Below are positions 21,308 through 31,064 of a stretch of DNA of 33,106 nt, one piece after another. A model generated the notes under the pieces. The model worked only from the letters and a program-made list of their open reading frames with translations, was not told the DNA's origin and searched no databases. Source of the DNA: Citricoccus sp. WCRC_4 (lineage in GTDB: Bacteria; Actinomycetota; Actinomycetes; Actinomycetales; Micrococcaceae). The translations under genes were made by a program, and so were the position numbers. The DNA lies in the NCBI GenBank assembly GCA_026645375.1, contig JAPFFX010000197.1, positions 1 through 33,106 on the forward strand. The letters run 5' to 3'. Each line of letters begins with the position of its first letter. Position 1 is the first letter of the stretch.

Positions 21308-22921
21308 GTGTCTCGACGATTCGCGCCCGCACTCGCCACCACCACCGCACTGGTCGTCCTGGCCGCCACGGGCGGTATGGTCCCGAGCGCCGCGATGTCG
21401 GACGGACACGCCGAGCGCGCCACGGCCTACCTGACCCCATCGTCACCCCAGTGGGCCGGAGACGCCGACGCCGGCGTCGTGACGGCTCCCGACGCCGTGG
21501 TCGAGGCTGCGTCCCGGGCAGGCCTGGGGGAGGGCGCGGCGGAACGGACCCGGGTCCGCCTGGTCCAGTCCTCATCCGGGCAGGACGCGCTCGACCGCTA
21601 TGCCGGCGAGGTCCCTCCCTACGTCAACGCCGGCCCCCTGGTCCTGGTCGGCCGCGCCTTCGACCACCCGGTGGCCGGCCCCTTCACCCTGAGCTCGGCC
21701 TTCGGGTGGCGGACGAACCCCACCCACGTCGGCCCGATCGCGCAGTTCCACATCGGCCTGGACTACGCGGTGGCCTGCGGCACGCCGGTCCTGGCCGCGG
21801 CGGACGGCACGGTCGCCTCCGCCGGAGATCGGGGTACCGGCGGACTGCGCGTCGACATCGACCACGGCGACGGGCTGGTGACCTCCTACCGGCACAATTC
21901 CCGACTCCTGGTCTCCCCGGGCGACCGCGTGGGGCGTGGCGACGTGATCAGCCTGTCCGGGACCACGGGCAACTCGACGGGGTGCCACCTGCACTTCGAC
22001 ACCACCCTCGACGGTCAGTACGTCGACCCGGTGCATCTGCTGCCGGAGGTCGCCGGAGAGCCCCGCGCGCTGGACGCGGCGGACCTGGAGCGCATCCGCG
22101 CGGCCTCGAGGCAGGGGGTCCCCGCCGGCGCACCGGAGCGCGTGGAGGCAGCACCCCGGACTGAGAGGCAGCCGGTCGTGCAGGGTCCGATCGCCCGGGC
22201 GGCCGCGCCGCGGACAGGGACCCGGGGCGACCACGGACGGGCCCCGGAGGCACCGGCGGCCGAGAACCGGTCGCAGCGTACCCCGTCCTCCGAGCCGTCC
22301 GGGAAGCCGGCATCGCCCGGTGCATCCCCTGCCAAGCCCACTGCGAAGCCCTCCGGCAGCACGAAGCCCGGGAAGACGCGGCCGGCAGAGCGCGGGCCGA
22401 AGCCTTCGGGCACCGCGAAGCCGGCCCAGCCGAAGCCCGCACAGCCCGCGGTCACGCCGAGGCCGAAGCCCAGCACGCCGGGGACCCCCGCCGCCACCGT
22501 TCCGGTGGAACCCGCCCAACCGACGCGCCCCGGACCGAGCGTGCCGGCCACGCCGACGCCGACGCCCACCACGCCCGGCCCCGCCAAGCCCTCGCCGACC
22601 GAGCCCACGCCCACTGAGCCCACCGCACCGGAGCCGACGGTGCCCGCGAAACCCCCGGCCCCCGAGTCGCTGACCGTCGAGGAAGCGGCGCGGTGGTGCC
22701 TGCCGCTGGACGACGACACCGAGGAGGCGCGGCCGGACTTCTCCGTGATCTTCACCGGGGACTTCGGGGACCTGGTCGGACTCGTCGCCGTCCTCGACGA
22801 CGAGGGTGAGCCGGAGCCCGTGACCGAGGAGACCCTCGTCGAGGTCTCCCCCACGGCCCTGTGGCTGGAGTCCCTGCCCGTCTGCTCGGATGCCGAGTTC
22901 ATCGAGACCGCTCTCGGCTGA
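21308..22921 (+). CDS. Secreted M23 family metallopeptidase with Pro/Thr/Lys-rich linker and acidic C-terminal domain
   Basis: Signal peptide; SSAFGWR.NP, HIGLD (HxxxD), GTPVLAAADGTV, IDHGDG, SGTTGNSTGCHLHF (HxH); PTEPT and KPAQP repeats. Confidence 0.88.
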   Translation: MSRRFAPALATTTALVVLAATGGMVPSAAMSDGHAERATAYLTPSSPQWAGDADAGVVTAPDAVVEAASRAGLGEGAAERTRVRLVQSSSGQDALDRYAGEVPPYVNAGPLVLVGRAFDHPVAGPFTLSSAFGWRTNPTHVGPIAQFHIGLDYAVACGTPVLAAADGTVASAGDRGTGGLRVDIDHGDGLVTSYRHNSRLLVSPGDRVGRGDVISLSGTTGNSTGCHLHFDTTLDGQYVDPVHLLPEVAGEPRALDAADLERIRAASRQGVPAGAPERVEAAPRTERQPVVQGPIARAAAPRTGTRGDHGRAPEAPAAENRSQRTPSSEPSGKPASPGASPAKPTAKPSGSTKPGKTRPAERGPKPSGTAKPAQPKPAQPAVTPRPKPSTPGTPAATVPVEPAQPTRPGPSVPATPTPTPTTPGPAKPSPTEPTPTEPTAPEPTVPAKPPAPESLTVEEAARWCLPLDDDTEEARPDFSVIFTGDFGDLVGLVAVLDDEGEPEPVTEETLVEVSPTALWLESLPVCSDAEFIETALG

Positions 22922-22939
22922 GCGCCTACAGTGGACCGC

Positions 22940-23416
22940 ATGACTGCTCCACACCGCCTGGCACCGGGCGACGCCGCACCCGCCTTCACGCTGACCGACC
23001 AGGACGGCAAGACCGTCTCGCTGGCCGACTACACCGGCCGCAAGGTGATCGTGTACTTCTACCCCGCCGCCGCCACCCCCGGCTGCACCACCCAGGCCTG
23101 CGACTTCCGTGACAGCCTCGATTCCTTCGTCTCCGAGGGCTTCGCCGTCGTCGGCATCTCCCCGGACGGTCCCGCCAAGCTCCAGAAGTTCGCCGCGGAC
23201 GAGGGCCTGGCCTTCCCGCTGCTCTCCGACGAGGACCATGCGGTGGCCGAGGCGTACGGCGCGTGGGGGGAGAAGAAGAACTACGGCCGCACCTACGAGG
23301 GGCTCATCCGCTCCACGGTCGTCGTGGACGCAGACGGCTCCGTGGAGCTCGCCCAGTACAACGTGCGGGCCAGCGGTCACGTGGCCAAGCTGCGCAGGGA
23401 CCTGGGACTCGCCTGA
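22940..23416 (+). CDS. bcp: Thioredoxin-dependent thiol peroxidase (BCP/PrxQ)
   Basis: APAFTL.DQDG, VYFYPAAATPGCTTQACDFRD, FPLLSD, YGAWGEK; -10 TACAGT 7 nt before the ATG. Confidence 0.95.
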   Translation: MTAPHRLAPGDAAPAFTLTDQDGKTVSLADYTGRKVIVYFYPAAATPGCTTQACDFRDSLDSFVSEGFAVVGISPDGPAKLQKFAADEGLAFPLLSDEDHAVAEAYGAWGEKKNYGRTYEGLIRSTVVVDADGSVELAQYNVRASGHVAKLRRDLGLA

Positions 23417-23479
23417 CCGGCGGGCGGTGACGGCCCGGCACCGGGTAGGATAAGCCGTTGTCCCCGCCCGCGGGGGCGC

Positions 23480-23561
23480 GCGGGCGTGGCGAAATTGGCA
23501 GACGCGCTGGATTTAGGTTCCAGTGTCTTCGGACGTGGGGGTTCAAGTCCCCCCGCCCGCA
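23480..23561 (+). tRNA. tRNA-Leu (TAG), CCA not encoded
   Basis: GCGGGCGTGGCGAAATTGGCAGACGCGCTGGATTTAGGTTCCAGTGTCTTCGGACGTGGGGGTTCAAGTCCCCCCGCCCGCA with a variable arm; -10 TAGGAT at 23446-23451. Confidence 0.96.
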
Positions 23562-23655
23562 CGATTCGTGCCTCAGGGCAGTCCGGTCCCTGCACCGACG
23601 CCTCATCAGGGCGGGTCGTAGCCGGAGGACACGTCAGACGAGGAGGCCCGTCCGG

Positions 23656-25356
23656 GTGGATATCTCACGCCGCACCGTGCTGGGCTCCCTGGCTGCGGCC
23701 CTGGCCCTCCCGCTGACCGGGTGCGCCACCCAGATCCGCAACGAGTCCTCGCCCCCGGGCCCCACCGCGCCGGTCCCTCCGGCAACCACTCCACCGGCGC
23801 CCTCGACGGTGCCGGTGACGATCGGGGTGCCCTCGCGGCCGAGGACCCTCGACCCGGCGCTGGCCGTGGACGCCGAGTCGCACCGCAGCACCCGGCAGGT
23901 GCTCGAGAACCTCCTCGGCGTTGACCCGGACACCGGTGCCCCGGTCCCCCGGCTGGCCAGCGACTGGGAGGTCACCGACGACGGGTTGCGCTACACGTTC
24001 TCCCTGCAGCCCGGTGTCGACTTCCAGGACGGCACCCCGCTGAACGCGCGGGCCGTGGTGGCGAACTTCGAGCGGTGGGCCCACCTGCCCGAGCTGCTGG
24101 GCGGGAAGCGCATGGCCACCCTGCCGCGATTGACCTTCCCCTCGGTCTTCGGCGGCTACGCCGGCCAGGACGGCTGCCGCTATCAGGCCTGCGAGTCCGT
24201 CGGCGAGCGGACCGTCAGCCTGGTCCTCACCGATCCCATCGTGTTCCTGCCCGCCGCGCTCACGGCTCCGGCCTTCGCCCTGAGCTCCCCGGCGTCCTGG
24301 TCGACGTTCGACGATGCCCTGCCCGCCACCCCCGCCGACCGGCTGCCCCCCGCGCGGCCTGCCGGAACCGGCCCGTTCCGCTGGGGCGAGCAGGACGACG
24401 GCGACCGGCTGGTCCTGGAGGTGAGCTCCGGATACCGGGGCGAGCCGACCGCCGTCGGGCCCGTGACCCTGGCCGTGGTCTCGGGGGCCAGGCAGCGGCT
24501 CCGGGAGTTGCGCCGCGGCCGACTGGACGCCTTCGACTTCGTCACCCCGGACACCCTGCGTCCGCTGGTCCAGGGCGGGGCACAGGTCCTGCAGCGGGAC
24601 CCGCTGTCCGTGCTCTACCTGGGGATGAACTCCCGGCACCCGGTCCTGGGACAGCTCTACGTGCGCCAGGCGGTCGCCCATGCCGTCGACCGGCGCGCGC
24701 TGGCCGAGGAGTACTTCCTGGCCGGTTCGGCCAGGGCCCACGAGTTCGTCCCGCCGTCCCTGGGCGTGGAGAACCCGGAGCTGACCACCTACGACTACGA
24801 TCCGGCGGAGGCCACCCGCCTGCTGGAACTGGCCGGCTACCGCGGGCAGCCGCTGGACTTCGTCTACCCGGTGCACACCTCGCGCCCCTACCTGCCCGCC
24901 CCCGAGGCGGTGTACGCCCGGATCGCCGGAGACCTGGCCGCCGCCGGCTTCGTGCTCAACCCCGTACCGGTGCCGTGGGACCACGGTTACCTGGACCGGC
25001 TCGGGGCGGACCGGACCCGGGCCTTCCACCTGGCCGGGCGCACCGGTGAGTACCGTGATCCGCACCACTTCCTGGCCCCGCTGTTCGGCCACGACTCGGC
25101 GGAGTTCGGCTACCGGAACCCGACCGTCATCAAGACGCTGTCGGATGCCGTGTCCACCAGGAACCCGGAGAGCCGGACGGCGCTGTACCGCAAGGCCGCG
25201 GAGTCACTGGCCCTGGACCTGCCGGCGCTGCCCCTGGTCTACCCGATCTCCGCCGTCGCCACGGGCCACACCCTGGTCTCCTACCCGACCTCCCCCGTGC
25301 TGGACGAACGGTTCGACCAGATCGTCCCGGTGGACAGGCCGGCCCCGGCCCAGTAG
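23656..25356 (+). CDS. ABC transporter family 5 (peptide/nickel) substrate-binding lipoprotein
   Basis: GTG after AGGAGG; SRRTVL...LTGC (twin-Arg signal plus lipobox); LDPA, PRLASDW...YTFSL.PGV.FQDGTPLNA..V..NFER, GTGPF, VRQAVAHAVDR. Confidence 0.9.
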   Translation: MDISRRTVLGSLAAALALPLTGCATQIRNESSPPGPTAPVPPATTPPAPSTVPVTIGVPSRPRTLDPALAVDAESHRSTRQVLENLLGVDPDTGAPVPRLASDWEVTDDGLRYTFSLQPGVDFQDGTPLNARAVVANFERWAHLPELLGGKRMATLPRLTFPSVFGGYAGQDGCRYQACESVGERTVSLVLTDPIVFLPAALTAPAFALSSPASWSTFDDALPATPADRLPPARPAGTGPFRWGEQDDGDRLVLEVSSGYRGEPTAVGPVTLAVVSGARQRLRELRRGRLDAFDFVTPDTLRPLVQGGAQVLQRDPLSVLYLGMNSRHPVLGQLYVRQAVAHAVDRRALAEEYFLAGSARAHEFVPPSLGVENPELTTYDYDPAEATRLLELAGYRGQPLDFVYPVHTSRPYLPAPEAVYARIAGDLAAAGFVLNPVPVPWDHGYLDRLGADRTRAFHLAGRTGEYRDPHHFLAPLFGHDSAEFGYRNPTVIKTLSDAVSTRNPESRTALYRKAAESLALDLPALPLVYPISAVATGHTLVSYPTSPVLDERFDQIVPVDRPAPAQ

Positions 25357-25398
25357 TAAAGTCGACTCAGACCACTGTTCGAAACCCGGGAGAGAAAC

Positions 25399-26883
25399 GT
25401 GAGCCAGCAGACTGCCCCCACCACCTACGACGTCGTTCTGGTGGGAGGTGGCATCATGAGCGCCACGCTGGGTACGTTCCTCCAGCAGCTCCAGCCCGAC
25501 TGGTCCATCGCCCTGTACGAGAACCTGAACCAGGCCGGCCTCGAGGCCTCGGATCCGTGGAACAACGCCGGCACCGGCCACGCGGCCCTGTGCGAGCTGA
25601 ACTACTCCCCGCTGGGACCCGACGGCACGGTGGACCCCACCAAGGCCGTCGGCATCAACGAGCAGTTCCAGGTCTCCCGCCAGTTCTGGTCCCACCTGGT
25701 CAACGAGGGCCGGCTCGGTGACCCCAAGACCTTCATCAACCCGCTGCCGCACATGAGCTTCGTGTGGGGTGACGACCACGCGGACTACCTGAAGACCCGC
25801 CACGCCTCCCTCAGTGCGCAGCCGCTGTTCGAGACCATGGAGTACACGGAGGACCCGTCCGTCATCCACGAGTGGGCCCCGCTGCTGATCGAGGGCCGCA
25901 CTGGTGGCCAGCGACTGGCCGCCTCCCGCCAGGCCAACGGCACGGACGTCGACTTCGGCTCGCTGACCCGCCAGCTCACCACCAACCTGTCCAATTCGGG
26001 CGTGGACGTGCGCTTCGGCCACAAGGTGACCTCGGTGGACCGCGGTTCCGACGGCCGCTGGGAGCTCAAGGTCAAGAACAAGGCCGCCGGCGAGACCCTC
26101 ACCGCCCGCGCACGCTTCGTGTTCCTCGGTGCCGGCGGTGGCGCGCTGCACCTGCTGCAGTCCTCCGGCATCCCCGAGGCCAAGGGCTTCGGCGGCTTCC
26201 CGGTCTCCGGCAAGTTCCTCAAGTGCACCGACGAGACGATCGTCAACCAGCACATGGCCAAGGTCTACGGCCAGGCCTCCGTGGGCGCCCCGCCCATGTC
26301 CGTGCCGCACCTGGACACCCGCTTCGTGGACGGCCGGCGCTCGCTGCTGTTCGGCCCCTACGGCGGTTTCTCCTCCAACTTCCTGAAGTCCAGTTCCTAC
26401 CTGGACCTGCCGTTGTCGGTGCGTGCGCACAACCTGCTGCCCATGCTGAACGTGGCCAAGGACAACCTGGGCCTGGTCAAGTACCTCATCACCGAGGTCA
26501 CGAAGAGCCAGACGAAGAAGGTCGAGACCCTGCAGGACTTCTACCCCGAGGCCGAGGCCGGCGACTGGGAGATGATCACCGCGGGCCAGCGCGTCCAGGT
26601 CATGAAGAAGGATCCGAAGAAGGGCGGCGTGCTGCAGTTCGGCACCGAGGTCGTCACCGCTGCCGACGGCACGATCGGCGCCCTGCTGGGTGCCTCCCCG
26701 GGCGCCTCCACCGCGGCCCCGATCATGATCAAGCTCCTGGAGACCTGCTTCCCGGCCCGGATGGACGCCTGGGCCCCGAAGCTGAAGGAGATGATCCCCT
26801 CGCTGGGCCGGAAGCTCAACGAGGACCGGGTGCTGATGAACGAGGTCGAGCAGGCGACCAGCGCCGCACTCAAGCTGGCCTGA
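25399..26883 (+). CDS. mqo: Malate:quinone oxidoreductase
   Basis: [66 protein letters not shown]. Confidence 0.97.
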   Translation: MSQQTAPTTYDVVLVGGGIMSATLGTFLQQLQPDWSIALYENLNQAGLEASDPWNNAGTGHAALCELNYSPLGPDGTVDPTKAVGINEQFQVSRQFWSHLVNEGRLGDPKTFINPLPHMSFVWGDDHADYLKTRHASLSAQPLFETMEYTEDPSVIHEWAPLLIEGRTGGQRLAASRQANGTDVDFGSLTRQLTTNLSNSGVDVRFGHKVTSVDRGSDGRWELKVKNKAAGETLTARARFVFLGAGGGALHLLQSSGIPEAKGFGGFPVSGKFLKCTDETIVNQHMAKVYGQASVGAPPMSVPHLDTRFVDGRRSLLFGPYGGFSSNFLKSSSYLDLPLSVRAHNLLPMLNVAKDNLGLVKYLITEVTKSQTKKVETLQDFYPEAEAGDWEMITAGQRVQVMKKDPKKGGVLQFGTEVVTAADGTIGALLGASPGASTAAPIMIKLLETCFPARMDAWAPKLKEMIPSLGRKLNEDRVLMNEVEQATSAALKLA

Positions 26884-26910
26884 ACGGCCGGCTCCCCCAC
26901 CTGACGACCG

Positions 26911-29900
26911 ATGGGTGCCCTGGCACGCTTCTCCCTGTCCAACCGCGCCCTCGTCGCCCTGGTCACGGTCCTGACCGCCGTCTTCGGCGTGCTCCTGGCC
27001 GGCCAGCTCAAGCAGGAGCTCATCCCCTCGCTCGAGCTGCCCGTGGTCTCGGTGAGCACCGCCATGCAGGGCGCGAGCCCGGAGGTCGTCGACCAGCAGG
27101 TCGGTGAGCCGCTGGAGACCGCCCTGCAGGCGGTGGAGGACCTGGAGTCCTCCACCTCGACCTCGACCACGGGGCTGAACACGATCGCCCTGCGGTTCGA
27201 GTACGGCACGGACCTGAACCGGGCCCGGGCCCAGGTCGACCGTGCGGTGGCCAACGTCTCCGAACGACTGCCGGACGGCACCGAGACGAGCTCGTTCGCG
27301 GGATCGGTCTCGGACTTCCCGGTGGTCTTCATGGCGGTGGGCTCCGCGGACGGGGCCACCGAGCTCAACGAGTTGCGCTCGGAGGTCGAGCGCCTCGTGA
27401 CACCGCGGCTGCAGAAGGTCGACGGCGTCCGCAGCGCCGCGGTGACCGGCGGCACGGACCAGCACATCGCCGTCGTCCCGGACCACGAGCAGCTGGCGGA
27501 GGCCGGACTGTCGACCGGGGACATCGTCACCGCCCTGGAGGAGAACGTCGGGCTGTTCCCGATCGGCCAGGTCACCGAGGGGACGCTGACCCTGCCGGTC
27601 CAGGCCGGTGCGCCGGTCGAGTCGCTCGAGGACGTCCGCGACGTCGTCCTCGTGCCCGCCGACGACGGTCCCACCCAGCCGGCCGCTGCGGGCCCCGGCC
27701 CGGCACAGTCCGGTCAGCAGGTCGACGGGGCCGGACCGGGGACCTCCGCCGCGGTGCCGGCCGAGCCCCCGGCCTCGGGGGAACCGGTGCGCCTGGGCGA
27801 GGTGGCCGAGGTCGGGATGCGCAACGACGATGCGACCTCGGTGACCCGGACGAACGGTGTGGACACGCTGGGACTGTCCGTGACCAAGACCCCGGACGCG
27901 GACACCGTCGCCCTGTCCCACGCGATCGGCGAGCTGATCCCGGAGCTCGAGTCCCTGCTCGGCGACGGTGCCACGATCACGGTGGTCTTCGACCAGGCCC
28001 CGTTCATCGAGCAGTCGATCGACACGCTGCTGGTCGAGGGCCTGCTCGGACTGGTGTTCGCGGTGCTGGTGATCCTGGTGTTCCTGGGTTCGGTACGCTC
28101 CACCCTGGTCACGGCCATCTCCATCCCGCTGTCACTGCTGGTGACGTTCATCGGGATGCGGGTCTCCGACTACTCGCTCAACATGCTCACCCTCGGGGCG
28201 CTGACCATCTCGATCGGCCGGGTGGTGGACGACTCCATCGTGGTGGTGGAGAACATCAAGCGCCACTTGGGCCACGGCGAGGACAAGCGCACCGCGATCC
28301 TGTCCGGCACCGGAGAGGTCGCGACCGCCATCACGGCCTCCACCCTGACGACGGTGGCGGTGTTCGCGCCGATCGCCCTGGTGGGCGGGGTTGCCGGTGA
28401 GCTGTTCCGTCCCTTCGCGATCACCATGACCATCGCGCTGCTGGCCTCGCTGCTGGTGGCCCTGACGATCGTCCCGGTGCTGTCCTGGTGGTTCCTGGGC
28501 CGCGCCCCGGGAGGCAGCCGGCCGGGCAGGTCCGCGGCACGGCACTCCTCCGACACCGCCCCCGTCGCCCCGGCGATCACGGCCCGCGGACCGCTCCAGC
28601 GGCTCTACCTGCCGGCGCTGCGGGGCACCCAGCGGCACCCGGTCATCACCCTGGTCGCGGCGGTCCTGCTGCTGGGGGCCACGGTCGCCATGGTCCCCCT
28701 CGTGCCCACGAACCTGCTGGGCAACACCGGGCAGAACACCTTCACCGTCACGGCCACCCAGGAGCCGGGCACCTCGCTGGAGGCCACGACGGCGGCCGCG
28801 GGCCAGGTGGAGGAGGTCCTGGTGGACGTGGACGGGGTCCTGGACGTGCAGTGGACGGCCGGTTCGGCCGGATTCGTGCCGGGTCTGACGGGGAGCGCGG
28901 ACGAGGCCCGGTTCACGGTGCTCACCGACACGGACGCCGACCAGGAGCGCATCCACGATGAGGCCCGATCCCGGCTGGACCGTCTGGAGGGGGCCGGTTC
29001 CCTCACCGTGTCCACCTCCGGCGGGTTCGGCACCTCCTCGGACGTGGAGGTCACCGTCTCGGCCCCGACGCCGGACCTGCTGGCGCAGGCCAACGACCGG
29101 GTGGCGGCGGCCATGGCCGGCGTCGAGGGGGTCCGGGAGGTGTCCTCGAACCTGGCGGCGGCACGCCCGACGTTGCAGGTCGACGTGGACCGGTTGGCCG
29201 CGGCGGAGGCCGGGCTGACCGAGGAGGCCGTCGCCGCCCAGGCCGCGGCGGCCCTGAACCCGGTCCCCTCCGGCGCGGTCCGGCTGGAATACACCGACTA
29301 TCCCGTACGCATCGGCGAGCCGGAGGAGATCACGACGCTGGAGCAACTGCGGGACGTCGAGGTCATGACGGCGACCGGCCCGCTGGCCCTGTCCGAACTG
29401 GCCGAGGTCTCCCGGCAGGAGGTGCTGTCCTCGGTGTCCTCCGCCAATGGCGACCGGGTGGCGATCGTCTCCGTCACCCCGGACGGGGATGACCTCGGTG
29501 CCGTCTCCACCGGCGTCGGGACCGCCCTGGAGGACCTGTCCCTGCCCGAGGGGACGTCCGCCGAGCTGGGCGGCGCCGCCACGCAGCAGGCGGAGACGTT
29601 CCGGGACCTGTACCTGGCCCTGGTGGCGGCCGTCGCCATCGTCTACGTCATCATGGTCGCGACGTTCAAGTCGCTCATCCAGCCGCTGATCCTGCTGGTC
29701 TCCATCCCGTTCGCGGCCACCGGGGCCATCGCCCTGCTGCTGGTCACCGGCACCTCGCTGGGCCTGCCCGCCCTGATCGGCATGCTCATGCTCGTCGGGA
29801 TCGTGGTGACCAACGCGATCGTGCTCATCGACCTGATCAACCAGTACCGGCGCCGCCCCGGTCACACGCTGGACTCGGCCCTGCAGCAGGGCGCGCTGAA

Positions 29901-30132
29901 CCGGCTGCGCCCGATCGTGATGACGGCCCTGGCCACGATCCTGGCCCTGGTCCCGATGGCCCTGGGCATCACCGGTCACGGCGGGTTCATCTCCCAGCCG
30001 CTGGCCGTGGTCGTCATCGGCGGGCTGGTGTCCTCCACCCTGCTCACCCTGCTGCTGGTCCCGGTGCTCTACCGGCTCGCCGAGGGAGCCGTGGAACGGC
30101 GGCGGGTCCGGACGGAGGCCGCGGAGTCCTGA
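26911..30132 (+). CDS. RND family (AcrB/SwrC-like) efflux permease
   Basis: GASPEVVDQQV..PLE, LN.LTLGAL.I.IGRVVDDSIVVVENI, SIPFAATG, GIVVTNAIVLID, RLRPIVMTALATILALVP, VVIGGL. Confidence 0.93.
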   Translation: MGALARFSLSNRALVALVTVLTAVFGVLLAGQLKQELIPSLELPVVSVSTAMQGASPEVVDQQVGEPLETALQAVEDLESSTSTSTTGLNTIALRFEYGTDLNRARAQVDRAVANVSERLPDGTETSSFAGSVSDFPVVFMAVGSADGATELNELRSEVERLVTPRLQKVDGVRSAAVTGGTDQHIAVVPDHEQLAEAGLSTGDIVTALEENVGLFPIGQVTEGTLTLPVQAGAPVESLEDVRDVVLVPADDGPTQPAAAGPGPAQSGQQVDGAGPGTSAAVPAEPPASGEPVRLGEVAEVGMRNDDATSVTRTNGVDTLGLSVTKTPDADTVALSHAIGELIPELESLLGDGATITVVFDQAPFIEQSIDTLLVEGLLGLVFAVLVILVFLGSVRSTLVTAISIPLSLLVTFIGMRVSDYSLNMLTLGALTISIGRVVDDSIVVVENIKRHLGHGEDKRTAILSGTGEVATAITASTLTTVAVFAPIALVGGVAGELFRPFAITMTIALLASLLVALTIVPVLSWWFLGRAPGGSRPGRSAARHSSDTAPVAPAITARGPLQRLYLPALRGTQRHPVITLVAAVLLLGATVAMVPLVPTNLLGNTGQNTFTVTATQEPGTSLEATTAAAGQVEEVLVDVDGVLDVQWTAGSAGFVPGLTGSADEARFTVLTDTDADQERIHDEARSRLDRLEGAGSLTVSTSGGFGTSSDVEVTVSAPTPDLLAQANDRVAAAMAGVEGVREVSSNLAAARPTLQVDVDRLAAAEAGLTEEAVAAQAAAALNPVPSGAVRLEYTDYPVRIGEPEEITTLEQLRDVEVMTATGPLALSELAEVSRQEVLSSVSSANGDRVAIVSVTPDGDDLGAVSTGVGTALEDLSLPEGTSAELGGAATQQAETFRDLYLALVAAVAIVYVIMVATFKSLIQPLILLVSIPFAATGAIALLLVTGTSLGLPALIGMLMLVGIVVTNAIVLIDLINQYRRRPGHTLDSALQQGALNRLRPIVMTALATILALVPMALGITGHGGFISQPLAVVVIGGLVSSTLLTLLLVPVLYRLAEGAVERRRVRTEAAES

Positions 30133-30174
30133 CCACCGCGGGGGCCCGGACCGGCGCGGCCCAGCCGCGGGGAT

Positions 30175-31044
30175 CTAGGCCGGCTGGTGGTCGGCGAGCG
30201 TCGCGTCCACGCTGATCCGGTCCAGGAACAGTCCACCGCGCACGGTGGACAGGAAGGCCGTGTCCGAGGAGTCCGCCCCGGTGGAGACCCGCACCAGGGC
30301 ACCGGTGTCCGAGAGCCGGGTGGCGTCCAGCAGGTGCCACTGGCCGTCCATCCAGGCCTCGGCCACGGCATGGAAGTCCATGGGCCGCAGCCCCGGGGCG
30401 TAGCCCGCCACCACGCGGGCGGGCACGTTCCGGGCGCGCAGCAGGGCCACCACGAGGTGCGCGAAGTCCCGGCACACGCCCTGGCGGGAGAGGAAGGCGT
30501 CCACGGCGCCGTCGGTACCGCGGGAGAACCCGGGCACGTAGCGCAGGTTGGCGTTGACCCAGTGCTCCACGGCGTGCAGCAGGTCCATTCCCCGGACGTC
30601 CCGGAACAGGCTCGCGGCCAGCGGGTACAGCTTGTCCGACTCGGCATACCGCGAGGGGCGCACGTACCGGATCAGGTCGGCTTCGTCCCCGACGGGCTCG
30701 GCCTCCCGTCCGGCCACGATGCAGGCATAGTCGACCCGGATGGTCCCCGGTTCAGGCGGCTCCGAGGAGAAGCCCGCCTCGGCGACCGTGGGCGACTCGT
30801 CGTCGTCCTCCCAGCCGACGGCCCCGCTCGGCTCGGCGAAGCTGACCGGGACGTCCACGACGTGCAGGCGCCCCCCATGGTGGTCCTGGACCTCGCGGAC
30901 GGGCAACCGTCCCGCGGGGGAGCGGACGTCCAGGCGCTCGGACACCCGGTCCATGCCCTCGGCATCGGCGGCGGCCACCGCCAGGACCATGCGGGTGCCT
31001 TCGGACGGCCGGACGGTCAGGGTGGATCGGACGTGGCGGCGCAT
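30175..31044 (-). CDS. Transglutaminase-like family protein
   Basis: PSRYAESD, GVCRDFAH (Cys), PARVVAGY, DFHAVAE (His), LDAT (Asp); -10 TACCGT 6 nt before the ATG. Confidence 0.9.
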   Translation of the reverse strand: MRRHVRSTLTVRPSEGTRMVLAVAAADAEGMDRVSERLDVRSPAGRLPVREVQDHHGGRLHVVDVPVSFAEPSGAVGWEDDDESPTVAEAGFSSEPPEPGTIRVDYACIVAGREAEPVGDEADLIRYVRPSRYAESDKLYPLAASLFRDVRGMDLLHAVEHWVNANLRYVPGFSRGTDGAVDAFLSRQGVCRDFAHLVVALLRARNVPARVVAGYAPGLRPMDFHAVAEAWMDGQWHLLDATRLSDTGALVRVSTGADSSDTAFLSTVRGGLFLDRISVDATLADHQPA

Positions 31045-31064
31045 GGTTCCACGGTACCGTCCGG

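Noticed and set aside
22300-22670. Repetitive DNA in the M23 gene as a possible CRISPR or VNTR
   Set aside because: The repeats are degenerate codon-level ones encoding a PT/KP linker, with no constant repeat-spacer structure.
21053-23480. Integrative element between tRNA-Lys and tRNA-Leu or at tRNA-Glu
   Set aside because: I saw no integrase and no downstream duplication of any tRNA 3' end, and bcp next to tRNA-Leu is a normal actinobacterial arrangement.
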